DNA of 64,000 bases, taken from positions 3,712,001-3,776,000 of the forward strand of contig CAVTTN010000002.1 of assembly GCA_963737655.1 (NCBI GenBank), read 5' to 3'. The position numbers were made by a program, and so were the translations under genes. Numbering within the stretch: position 1 is the stretch's first letter; each line of letters starts with the position of its first letter. Below are positions 20,536 to 29,338 of this stretch, one piece after another. The DNA is from an uncultured Planctomycetota bacterium. GTDB taxonomy: Bacteria; Planctomycetota; Planctomycetia; Isosphaerales; Isosphaeraceae. The notes under the pieces are model-generated. The model ran no database searches, was not told the DNA's origin, and worked only from the letters and a program-made list of their open reading frames with translations.

Positions 20536-21423
20536 CGCCGGCCCCTCCCCCGGCCCGAAGGCGACGGCGGAAGGGGCGCCGGGCCCGGTCTGCGCGTCGT
20601 CGGGCAGCCTTTCCAGGATCAACTTGAATCGGTCGGGGAACGGCAGCTCCTGGCGGAGGACCAGGCCGTCGCTGGCCCGGACCCAGGTCGTCGCCGAGAT
20701 CGGGCTCATCCGGGTGACGACCTTCAGCGTGGCCACCGTCGAATTCCCCCACAGGATATGCTGGACCGCCTCGACGTCCACCCGGCACGTCTGGACCCGG
20801 CCGGACAGCGGGCTGATGACCTGGCTCTCCCACTTCTGGCCGACCTGAAGGCCCGGCATCCGTTCGAGAGGGCCCAGGCTGTTCTGGACGATCTCCCGGG
20901 GGCGGTACGGGATCGATTGGTTGAAGCCGAGGACCGGCAGGATGCTGCGGACGGCGATGTCCAGCGAATCCTTGTGGTGCCGGCCCTCGATCGAGAGGAT
21001 CTCGACCCGCGAATCCACCTGGCGGACGCCGACCCGGAACGCGCCGAGGTTGCCCGAGGGGTCGATCTCGCAGGAACCCTGGACGAGGATTCGCTCGTTC
21101 GCCTCGTTCTCGATGGCCGTGTACTTGAGGAGTTCGCCGGCATCGAGCCAGGCCTGGCTGGTCATGCGGACCCAGCCGTCCCTCTTCTTCTGGGTCTCGG
21201 TGATGACCTGGCCGACGGACCGGAGGTTCTTGCCCTTGCCGTCCTCGGAGGCGAGGATCGACCAGCGGATCGGCCCCGAGGGCCCCTCATCGGCCAGGGC
21301 GATCGACCGGAGATCGGGCGGGGGACCGATCAGCAAGGTCGGCAGGAAGTCGCGGGTGACCAGCGCCCCGGCGGCGACGGTCCAGAACAGCAAGATGGCG
21401 ACGCAGGCCAGCCGATTCGGCAT
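20536..21423 (-). CDS. Exported or membrane-anchored hypothetical protein, read as an N-terminal fusion to the ABC ATPase
   Basis: N-terminal hydrophobic segment, beta-rich body (TTWVRASDGLVLRQE); no stop before the ATPase ATG. Confidence 0.7.
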
Positions 21424-21776
21424 GGGGAAAGACCTCGGACGCGGACCACGATTCCTTCACTATACGGGCCGGGACCGACGATGAACAAGGGTGGGGCGCG
21501 GTCCGTCTCGGTCCGCTCCCGCTTCCCATCCATCCACGTCTCGACCGAAGGCCGATCTGTTATTCCAGTGGAAGGGTCCGACGCCCCCTCACCCGCCCCG
21601 GGGAGGGGGCAAGCTCCGCTCCGATGGCAAGAACGGATCGACCCCGCTTCTCGACCGGCTCGGGTTGACTGGACCGGCCGCCGGTCGTAGGTTGGAATTG
21701 GGCTCTCCCCCTCCGCTCGGCCCCTGGCACCGACCCGGCGCCCCCCTCGGCCCCCGTCCTCGGAGGACAGGTCTCC

Positions 21777-22559
21777 ATGCGCTCGCCCAGGCGAAGATGG
21801 ATCGTGATGGGCCTGGTCCTGGCGGCCCTCGTGGCGGCTCCCACGGGCCTGTGGGTCTTGCTGACCCACGAGCCCGACTTCTATCGAGCCGCCTCGGCCA
21901 TCCCCCCGGCCCGCCGGCAAGCCGAGGCCCGTCGGCTCGTGGCCCAGGGCCTTCAGCTCCGCAACGACATCGTGAACGAGCCGAAATGGGAGGCGGTGTT
22001 CTCCGACGAGGAGGTCAACGCCTGGCTCGCCGAGGACCTGGTCACCCACTTCGCCGAGCAGATCCCGTCGGGCGTCCACGAGCCTCGCGTGGTCTTCGAG
22101 ATGGACCGCGTGATCCTCGCCTTCCAGCTCGATCAGGGTCCGGTCCGGTCGGTCGTCTGGGTCGTCGCCCGCCCCCGGGTGACCCAGCCGAACACGCTGG
22201 CCCTGACGATCGAGAAGATCCGCGCCGGGGCGGTGCCGATCCCCGCCGAGAGGCTCCTGGACCGGATCACCGAGAAGGCCCAGGCCAACGGGCTGGAAGT
22301 GCGATGGGAGCAGGACGGCGACCTGCCGGTCGCGGTCCTGAAGTACTCGCCGAATCTCGGCCGGAGGGACGTGGTCCTGGAGAAGCTCCTGGTGGTCAAC
22401 GGCCAGATCCGCCTGGCGGGCCGATCGAGCCGCACCAAGGGCACGGTCGCCGCCCCGACCCTCCCGAGCCGCAAGGTCCTTCAGTCCACCTTCCCGCCCA
22501 GGAACAGGCCCCAGCCTCCTCCGGCGTCCCGGGAGAATTCGGCCTCGCCGATGAGCTGA
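21777..22559 (+). CDS. Membrane-anchored hypothetical protein
   Basis: N-terminal TM; FSDEEVNAWLAEDL, IRAGAVPIP; GGAGG RBS. Confidence 0.75.
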   Translation: MRSPRRRWIVMGLVLAALVAAPTGLWVLLTHEPDFYRAASAIPPARRQAEARRLVAQGLQLRNDIVNEPKWEAVFSDEEVNAWLAEDLVTHFAEQIPSGVHEPRVVFEMDRVILAFQLDQGPVRSVVWVVARPRVTQPNTLALTIEKIRAGAVPIPAERLLDRITEKAQANGLEVRWEQDGDLPVAVLKYSPNLGRRDVVLEKLLVVNGQIRLAGRSSRTKGTVAAPTLPSRKVLQSTFPPRNRPQPPPASRENSASPMS

Positions 22560-22834
22560 TCGCCCTCCAGGACCACCAAGACGCGATCCTCGGACCAGGA
22601 AACGACCTCGAAACGCCCCGCCGCCACCCGCCGGACCTCGCCCCGCCCTCCCGAGATCGGTCCCTGAAAGTCGAGATACACCAGGCGGTGATCGGGGAGA
22701 GCCCGGGCCCGGAGCCGGCAACCGACCTGCAACGGCTCGTCGATCGCCCAGGACGCGAGGGCCCCTCCGCGTTCGAGGAAGAAATCCCAGTGGACGCCAT
22801 CCCACCGATGCTCCAGGACGACGAATCTCGGCAT
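22481..22834 (-). CDS. Stand-alone LigD N-terminal 3'-phosphoesterase-like domain protein
   Basis: RFVVLEH..HWDFFLE..LASWA..DHRLVYLDFQG.I..G.G.V. Confidence 0.78.
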   Translation of the reverse strand: MPRFVVLEHRWDGVHWDFFLERGGALASWAIDEPLQVGCRLRARALPDHRLVYLDFQGPISGGRGEVRRVAAGRFEVVSWSEDRVLVVLEGDQLIGEAEFSRDAGGGWGLFLGGKVD

Positions 22835-22977
22835 CCGCTCCATCCTCCGGGGCCAGAGCCTGGCCCGACGGTCGGCCCTGGATTACTCTAGGAGCCTAAC
22901 ATGCCGACCCTTCCCCGCGGACCTGCCAGGGGCCGCGGGATCGACGAAGGGACGGACCCGGAAAGGACGCGGTTTCG

Positions 22978-24390
22978 GTGACTCCCAAAGAGGTCTTGGC
23001 CCAGATCCGTCAGCGAGAGGTCTCCACCGTCGATCTCCGCTTCATGGACTTCCCCGGCGTCTGGCAGCACTTCGCCATCCCCGCCGACTCCTTGACCGAG
23101 GAGACGTTCGAGGACGGGATCGGCTTCGACGGCTCCTCGGTGGTCGGCTGGAGGGCGATCAACGAGGCCGACTTGCTCGTCGTCCCCCAGCCCGAGACCG
23201 CGCTGATCGACCCGTTCACGGCGCGGCCCACGCTGACGATGATCTGCAACATCCAGGACCCGATCACCCAGCAAGACTACACCCGGGACCCGAGGAACAT
23301 CGCGAGGAAGGCCGTCAGCTACATGAGGAGCACCGGCCTGGCCGACCTCTGCCTGGTCGCGCCCGAGCTGGAATTCTTCGTCTTCGACGACGTCCGCTTC
23401 GACCAGACCGGCCACGAAGCGTACCACCACGTCGATTCGGTCGAGGGGGCGTGGAACCGAGGCCGCAAGGAATCGCCGAACCTGGGATCGAAGGCCGGGT
23501 CGGGGCTCGGCTACTTCCCCTGCCCTCCGATCGACAGCCTCGCCGACCTGCGGACGGAGATGTCCGAGATCCTCGCCGAATCGGGCATCGGCACCAGCGC
23601 CCACTATCACGAGGTGGCCACCGGCGGCCAGTGCGAGATCGACTTGACCCAGCGATCGCTCGTCGAATGCGCCGACGCCGTGATGCTGGCCAAGTACATC
23701 ATCCGCAACGTCGCCCGGAGGCATCAGAAGACCGCCACGTTCATGCCCAAGCCGCTCTTCGGCGACAACGGCTCGGGGATGCATACGCACATCACCTTGT
23801 GGAAGAACGAGACGCCGCTGCTGGCCGGCAATCATTACGCCGGCCTGAGCGATCTCGGCCTGTTCGCGATCGGCGGCCTGCTGAAGCACGCGCCGGCCCT
23901 CTGCGCGTTCGCCAACCCGACCACGAACAGCTACAAGAGGCTCGTCCCGGGCTTCGAGGCGCCGACCAAGCTCGCCTACAGCCGGAGGAACCGCTCGGCC
24001 GTCGTCCGCGTGCCGATCTTCAGCCCGAGCCCCCGCACGCGACGGATCGAGTTCCGCGGACCCGACGCCGCCGCCAACCCCTACTTGCTCTTCTCCGCCA
24101 TGCTGATGGCCATGCTCGACGGCATCCAGACCAAGGCCAGCCCCGGAGACCCGCTCGACAAGGACGTCTACGACCTCAAGCCCGAGGAGCTCGACGACGT
24201 CCCGACGACCCCGAGGAGCCTCGAAGCGTCGCTCGCCGCGCTCCGGGCCGACAGCGATTTCCTGCTCCGGGGCGACGTCTTCACGCCCGACGTGATCGAC
24301 ACCTGGATCTGGTACAAGACCGAACACGAGGTCGAGGCCGTCCGAGTCCGCCCCCACCCCTACGAATTCGCGTTGTATTATGACGTGTGA
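22978..24390 (+). CDS. glnA: Glutamine synthetase type I
   Basis: FDGSS, PELEFF, HEVATGGQCEI, TFMPKPLFGDNGSGMH, NSYKRLVPGFEAP, NRSA, RIEFR, DKDVYDL adenylylation site. Confidence 0.96.
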   Translation: MTPKEVLAQIRQREVSTVDLRFMDFPGVWQHFAIPADSLTEETFEDGIGFDGSSVVGWRAINEADLLVVPQPETALIDPFTARPTLTMICNIQDPITQQDYTRDPRNIARKAVSYMRSTGLADLCLVAPELEFFVFDDVRFDQTGHEAYHHVDSVEGAWNRGRKESPNLGSKAGSGLGYFPCPPIDSLADLRTEMSEILAESGIGTSAHYHEVATGGQCEIDLTQRSLVECADAVMLAKYIIRNVARRHQKTATFMPKPLFGDNGSGMHTHITLWKNETPLLAGNHYAGLSDLGLFAIGGLLKHAPALCAFANPTTNSYKRLVPGFEAPTKLAYSRRNRSAVVRVPIFSPSPRTRRIEFRGPDAAANPYLLFSAMLMAMLDGIQTKASPGDPLDKDVYDLKPEELDDVPTTPRSLEASLAALRADSDFLLRGDVFTPDVIDTWIWYKTEHEVEAVRVRPHPYEFALYYDV

Positions 24391-24437
24391 ATCACTTGGT
24401 GTATGAAATGCTCCGACTCAAGACGGAGATCCACGCC

Positions 24438-24511
24438 TCGTAGGGTGCATGAAATGCACCATCTTCGATCGCATTCTCCATCGAAGATGGTGCATTTCAT
24501 GCACCCTACGA
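24438..24511. repeat. GTAG-type REP doublet (REPIN): perfect 32-bp inverted repeat with 10-nt loop
   Basis: tcgtagggtgcatgaaatgcaccatcttcgat .. atcgaagatggtgcatttcatgcaccctacga; each arm has an internal palindrome GGTGCAT-gaa-ATGCACC; degenerate extra copy at 24398-24414. Confidence 0.85.
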
Positions 24512-25084
24512 AGGCGGAAACTCCACGTCCTCGTCGAGTTCGGAGAGCGGGATCTCGCAGCCGAGCGAGGGGATTCGCACCGAGGAATCGAGGCCCGAAA
24601 AAACGACCGCCGACCACGACTCGCCGTCTCGCGAATGGCATTCGCCCCGGGGCTCGTCCTGCCAGACCAGCACGTAATCCCTCAAGGACGGCACTTGCCG
24701 ATAGAGCGCGAACTTCTTGCCGCGATCAGATGAGGCGGTCGATTCCGAGAGCACCTCGACCACGACGCCGGGATTGAGCAAGGTGTCGAGTTCCTCGTCT
24801 GCGAGGATCGGCGTTTCGATCGCGACGACGACATCGGGATACGTGTAGAACGTCCCGGAGCCGGCCCGGACCCGCATGTCCGAGGGATAGACCCGGGGGC
24901 CAAATCCTCTTGTCCTGATCCGAAGTCCGGTCAGGAAATTGGCCGAGATGAGGTGATGAGCTTCCCGGGCGCCGGGCATGGCGACGATCTCCCCGTCCCG
25001 GTATCCCGACTTCGTGAGCGCGGGGCGCTCCTGCGCGAATTATTCCTGAGGGGTCACCGGCGAGCGAACGGGGGGGGATGCCAT
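24506..25084 (-). pseudogene. Uma2 family endonuclease with an in-frame TAA at 25040-25042
   Basis: MASPPVRSPVTPQE*FAQER..KSGYRDGEIVAMPGA..YTYPDVVV..VEVLSEST..DRGKKFALY; the stop sits where Tyr is typical (TPEEYL). Confidence 0.8.
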
Positions 25085-25104
25085 GAGCGCCCTCCGACCA
25101 CCGA

Positions 25105-25662
25105 TCAGCCAGCGGCCTCGGTGAGGTCCGCCTTGGGCTTGTCGGCCCTCTCCGCCGCGGCCTCGGGCCGGAGGGCCAGGAGCATGAGGATCACCGCGCC
25201 GACGACCAGCATGTTGTCGGCGAAATTGAAGATCGCGCAGTCGAAATTGACCGGATCGACGTGGAAATGGACGAAGTCCCGGACGTGACCGTAGCGGAGG
25301 CGATCGAAGCAATTGCCCAGGGCGCCGGCCATGATCAGGCCCAGGGCGCCGGTGAGCCTCGCGTCGGTCGCCGCACCCCGGACGAACAACCAGTAGCAGA
25401 TCGCCCCCGCCGCCACGATCGAGAGGCCCGCGAACAGGATCGGGCTGTACGGCATCCCCCGCCCGAACCCCCACAGGGCCCCCGGATTATAGCTGGTCTG
25501 GATCTCGAGAAGGCCGCGGATCACCGGATACGGCGCCGAGACCTGGGGCTCACCCAGCCGGGCGAAGACCAGGGACTTGGTGACCAGGTCGAACCCCGCC
25601 CCCCCGAGCGCGATCGCCCAGAAGAGGATCCAGCGGCTCAGGGGGACTCGCGGCCTCTCCAT
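25105..25662 (-). CDS. lspA: Lipoprotein signal peptidase II
   Basis: DLVTK, NPGALWG, GALGNCFDR, VRDF, FNFAD. Confidence 0.93.
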   Translation of the reverse strand: MERPRVPLSRWILFWAIALGGAGFDLVTKSLVFARLGEPQVSAPYPVIRGLLEIQTSYNPGALWGFGRGMPYSPILFAGLSIVAAGAICYWLFVRGAATDARLTGALGLIMAGALGNCFDRLRYGHVRDFVHFHVDPVNFDCAIFNFADNMLVVGAVILMLLALRPEAAAERADKPKADLTEAAG

Positions 25663-25663
25663 C

Positions 25664-26047
25664 TCAGCCGTTCTCCAATTTCCGGGCGCAGTCGATGCAG
25701 TACGGAGTGTACGGGATCGCCTGGAGCCTCGGCTTGGCGATCAGGCCGCCGCACTCGGTACACAGGCCGAACGTGCCGGCCTCGATCCGCCCGAGGGCCT
25801 CGTGGATCTGGTCCAGGGTCCCTTGCTGGTTCTCGATGAGCTCCAGGTCGAACTCCTGGTCGTAGTTCTCCGTCCCCACGTCGGCCATGTGCAAGGGCAT
25901 GTTCGACAGGTTGCCCGAGGACTCCGCGCCATTGCGGTGGAGCGCCTCGTCGGTCAACTGGTCGAGGTCGCCCCGCAGACGGGCGCGGAGGCCCATCAGG
26001 GACTGACGATAGGATTGCAGCTCCTCAGTCTTCAGTGCGGTGGCCAT
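25664..26047 (-). CDS. TraR/DksA family C4 zinc-finger regulator
   Basis: HMADVGT coiled-coil tip; GTFGLCTECG..I...RL.AIPYTPYCIDC. Confidence 0.9.
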   Translation of the reverse strand: MATALKTEELQSYRQSLMGLRARLRGDLDQLTDEALHRNGAESSGNLSNMPLHMADVGTENYDQEFDLELIENQQGTLDQIHEALGRIEAGTFGLCTECGGLIAKPRLQAIPYTPYCIDCARKLENG

Positions 26048-26278
26048 GAAGGTCCTGCTCGTCGGGATCTGACGGTCCGGGAGAGGCGGACGGCGGGACT
26101 GTATCCATCAGGTCGCGCCTTGTCCATCCGAAGAGATCCAGCCTACACCGTTGGCTCATCCCGGGGCCACCCCGAACCGCCCTCTTTTCCCCTTCGATCC
26201 GTCCGGCTTGACCTGCCGCCCCCATCGGCTAGGCTTCACCGACCCCAAAAGTCCGCCGATCCCGCCCGAGGCCCCTCC

Positions 26279-27316
26279 ATGAACGATCCCAAAACCATGT
26301 TCGTGACCGGAGGCACCGGCCTCGTCGGCTCCCACCTGATCGAAGAAGCCCTCCGCCGAGGCCATCGGGTGCGCGCCCTCGTCCGCGCCTCCAGCGATAC
26401 CCGGCTCCTCGACCTCTGGGGCGTCGAGAAGGTCGAGGGCGACCTCGCCGACGCCGAGGCCCTTCGCCAGGGCGTCCGGGGCGCCGACTGGGTGTTCAAT
26501 TGCGCGGCCAAGGTGGGCGATTGGGGCACTCTGGAGGAATTCCGCAAGCTCAACGTCGAGGCATTCGGTCATCTCCTTGACGCCGCCTCGGCGGCCGACG
26601 TGGAACGATTCGTCCACGTCAGTTCGCTCGGCGTCTACGAGGGGCGCGACCATTTCGGCACCGACGAGACCACCCCGCCGGCCGCCGATTCGCTCGACGC
26701 CTACACGCGTTCCAAGACCGAGGCCGAATTCCTCGCGCTTCGCTACTTTCACGAACGCAAGTTGCCGGTCTCGATCGTCCGCCCCGGGTTCATCTATGGA
26801 GAGCGAGATCGGACGGTCCTGCCCAAGCTCCTGACGAACCTCCGTCGCGGGACGTTCGCCTACTTCGGCTCGGGCGAACAGGCGTTGAATTGCATTTATG
26901 TGAAGAACCTCGTCCACGGCCTCTTCCTCGCGGCCGAGACGCCCGGGGCGGTGGGCGAGACGTTCAACCTGACCGACGGCACCCGGGTCAGCAAGAGGCA
27001 ATTCATCGGCAAGGTCGCCGAGCTCGCCGGGCTGAAGCCGCCTCGCCGCAAGATCCCGCTCTGGCTCGCCCGGTTCCTGGCGACGGCGATGGAGAGGAGG
27101 GCCAGGAGGAAGGGCGCGACCGAGCCTCCGCTGGTGAACAAGGCCCGGTTCAAGTTCCTCGGATTGAACCTGGATTATTCGATCGAGAAGGCCCGGAGGG
27201 TCCTCGGATACGAGCCTCCCTTCACGACCGAGCAGGGACTGACGGCGGCGATGGCGGATCTTTCGCCGTCCTCCCGGCAGCCGGAGACGGCCGGGGCCGC
27301 CCTGGGATCGGGTTGA
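26279..27316 (+). CDS. NAD-dependent epimerase/dehydratase (3-beta-HSD-like extended SDR)
   Basis: TGGTGLVG, HVSSLGVY, YTRSK, RPGFIYG. Confidence 0.9.
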   Translation: MNDPKTMFVTGGTGLVGSHLIEEALRRGHRVRALVRASSDTRLLDLWGVEKVEGDLADAEALRQGVRGADWVFNCAAKVGDWGTLEEFRKLNVEAFGHLLDAASAADVERFVHVSSLGVYEGRDHFGTDETTPPAADSLDAYTRSKTEAEFLALRYFHERKLPVSIVRPGFIYGERDRTVLPKLLTNLRRGTFAYFGSGEQALNCIYVKNLVHGLFLAAETPGAVGETFNLTDGTRVSKRQFIGKVAELAGLKPPRRKIPLWLARFLATAMERRARRKGATEPPLVNKARFKFLGLNLDYSIEKARRVLGYEPPFTTEQGLTAAMADLSPSSRQPETAGAALGSG

Positions 27317-27360
27317 TCCGCTATAATGAGGGACCCATCATCCCCCAGGAGGCATCCCCG

Positions 27361-27897
27361 ATGTCGGAGGTCCAGGGCAAGCGCATCGCGGTCCTCGTCG
27401 AGAAGTTCTACGAGGACCTGGAGTTGTGGTATCCGGTCCTCCGGCTCCGAGAGGCCGGATGCCAGGTCAGGATCGTCGGGCCGAGGGCGGGCGAGACCTA
27501 CGCCTCGAAGCACGGCTATCCGGCGAAGGCCGACGTCTCGGCCTCCGACGTGAAGGCCGACGACTTCGACGCGATCGTGATCCCCGGCGGCTACTCGCCC
27601 GACCACATGCGCCGGCACAAGGCGATGGTCGATCTCGTGACCGACGCCATGAACAAAGGCAAGGTCCTCGCCGCGATCTGCCACGGCCCGTGGATGCTCT
27701 GCTCGACGAAGGCGCTCAAGGGCCGGCGCGTGACCGGGTTCATGTCGATCCGGGACGACGTGGAGAACGCCGGAGGCGTCTGGGAAGACGCCGCATGCGT
27801 CCGGGACAAGAACCTCGTGACCAGCCGGACGCCCGACGATCTCCCCGCGTTCATGCAAGGCATCTTCGCGGCCCTGGCCGAGGCGCCCGCCCGCTGA
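27361..27897 (+). CDS. PfpI/DJ-1 family type 1 glutamine amidotransferase-like protein
   Basis: YEDLE, IPGGYSPD, AAICHGPW, TSRTPDDLPAF; TATAAT upstream at 27322. Confidence 0.92.
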   Translation: MSEVQGKRIAVLVEKFYEDLELWYPVLRLREAGCQVRIVGPRAGETYASKHGYPAKADVSASDVKADDFDAIVIPGGYSPDHMRRHKAMVDLVTDAMNKGKVLAAICHGPWMLCSTKALKGRRVTGFMSIRDDVENAGGVWEDAACVRDKNLVTSRTPDDLPAFMQGIFAALAEAPAR

Positions 27898-27905
27898 AGT
27901 CGGCC

Positions 27906-29336
27906 TCATTTCAGTCGAAAAAGGACGTCGCCGGGTCGTTTCGTGCTATCCCAATCGACCCGGCCGCCGTCGTCCTTGCCATCCTTGCCGATAGAATAGA
28001 TCACGGGTTGGCCGTCAACCGTCGCGAGCTTGAACGGCCTGGAGTCGAACGGATCGGTCGGAACTTTCGCGATCCCGGCCGCTCGGAAGAGGGAGGCCAG
28101 GTCGGGCGGGTTCCCTTTCCGGGTGATCCGCCAGCGTTTCAGGGCGACGAGGCCGGTCGTCCCCCGGCGGATGGCCTCCAACCGGGTCACGGTCAAGTCG
28201 AGCGAGCCCGAGACCGGGACGACCAGGGCGGGGATCACCAGCGCCGGCCGGGCGGCCATCTGTTGCTTCCAGCCCTCGAAGAAGACCTCGGCCCGACCGG
28301 ACCTCGCCGAGTACGCCAGCCGCGACCTCGCCTCGGTCTGGGCACGATAATACCGGTTCAATTCGGCGAGGACCGAGGCATAGCCGGCATCTCCGGCCCG
28401 GTCGAGGTTGGTCGAGAGGGCCTGGAGCTGCTCGGGAGTGAAGCCATCGGAGATCGCCGAGAGGGTTCGGAGCCGGAGCTCGGCCGCGGGAATTCCTCGG
28501 TCGTCCGCCTTCCCGAAGCAGTCGTTCGCGACGGATCGCCAGAGGACGTACTCCCCTCGAAGCGCCTCCTCGTAAACGTTCGATTCCGCGGCCTCGTGGG
28601 CGGCCAGGAGCTTGATGAGTCGATCGCAATCGGCCGCGGTCAGCCCGTTCAGGGTCAAATAAAGCGGAATGACCTGCGATTCCAGGATATTCTCCATCGC
28701 CAGGGAGACGAGATGGCAGATGGATGGCCCTCTCGGCTGGAGGTCCCGGCAGAGGCGGAGGACCGTGGCCATGTCCCGGATCGGCCGGTCGCGGTCCCCT
28801 CGCGCCACGTCCCGGCGGACCCTCAAGGAGACCACCCGGACGACCTGCCGGGCCGCCTGGGCGTGGGGCAGGAGCGATTCGATCGAGATTCCCGGCTGGA
28901 ACATGCACCGGGGCCGATGCTGCGCCTCGGCCAGCCTGGCAAAGCCGACTTCGTACTCCTTCAAATGAGCATCGATCTCCGCATCGGAGACCGAACCCGG
29001 GTCGGCCTCGATCTGGGCGTTGATCGCCTTCCATCGATCGGCGCGGGCCTGGGCCACGGCCTTCCGCCGGGTTGTCTCGGGGCCTTCGGTGAAGCACGAG
29101 GCCGTCTCGGGCGAGAATTCCAGGAGGGCATCGAGGTAGACCGGGGCCGCGTTCTGGTTCGGCGGCGGGGCCTGGAAGAACTTAACCATGTCGAACGGCG
29201 AATCGGCCACGAGCCAGGCCGGCGGCTTCGCGACGAACCCCGGCAGGTGCGGCGGGGGAGTCGGAGGCCCCTGGGCGACGCCGGGGCGGCCAGCCGCGAT
29301 CGGCAAGACGAACAGGAATAAGCGGGATATTTGCAT
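27906..29336 (-). CDS. Secreted helical hypothetical protein with a pseudopilin-like C-terminus
   Basis: Signal peptide; NAAPVY; C-terminal PPDLASL..PTDPFD..IYSIGKDGKDDGG. Confidence 0.72.
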   Translation of the reverse strand: MQISRLFLFVLPIAAGRPGVAQGPPTPPPHLPGFVAKPPAWLVADSPFDMVKFFQAPPPNQNAAPVYLDALLEFSPETASCFTEGPETTRRKAVAQARADRWKAINAQIEADPGSVSDAEIDAHLKEYEVGFARLAEAQHRPRCMFQPGISIESLLPHAQAARQVVRVVSLRVRRDVARGDRDRPIRDMATVLRLCRDLQPRGPSICHLVSLAMENILESQVIPLYLTLNGLTAADCDRLIKLLAAHEAAESNVYEEALRGEYVLWRSVANDCFGKADDRGIPAAELRLRTLSAISDGFTPEQLQALSTNLDRAGDAGYASVLAELNRYYRAQTEARSRLAYSARSGRAEVFFEGWKQQMAARPALVIPALVVPVSGSLDLTVTRLEAIRRGTTGLVALKRWRITRKGNPPDLASLFRAAGIAKVPTDPFDSRPFKLATVDGQPVIYSIGKDGKDDGGRVDWDSTKRPGDVLFRLK

Positions 29337-29338
29337 GA

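Noticed and set aside
24398..24511. Possible CRISPR repeat or tRNA-like structure
   Set aside because: The arms are inverted rather than direct repeats; no spacers, cas genes or cloverleaf motifs.
25105..26047. dksA-like/lspA coupling as a novel system
   Set aside because: This gene pairing is a familiar arrangement in PVC and other bacteria.
25577..26278. Long N-terminal extensions in the ORF track (epimerase; also 7653, 19772-20833, 26890, 44613)
   Set aside because: They overlap real neighbouring genes; family motifs begin at downstream starts.
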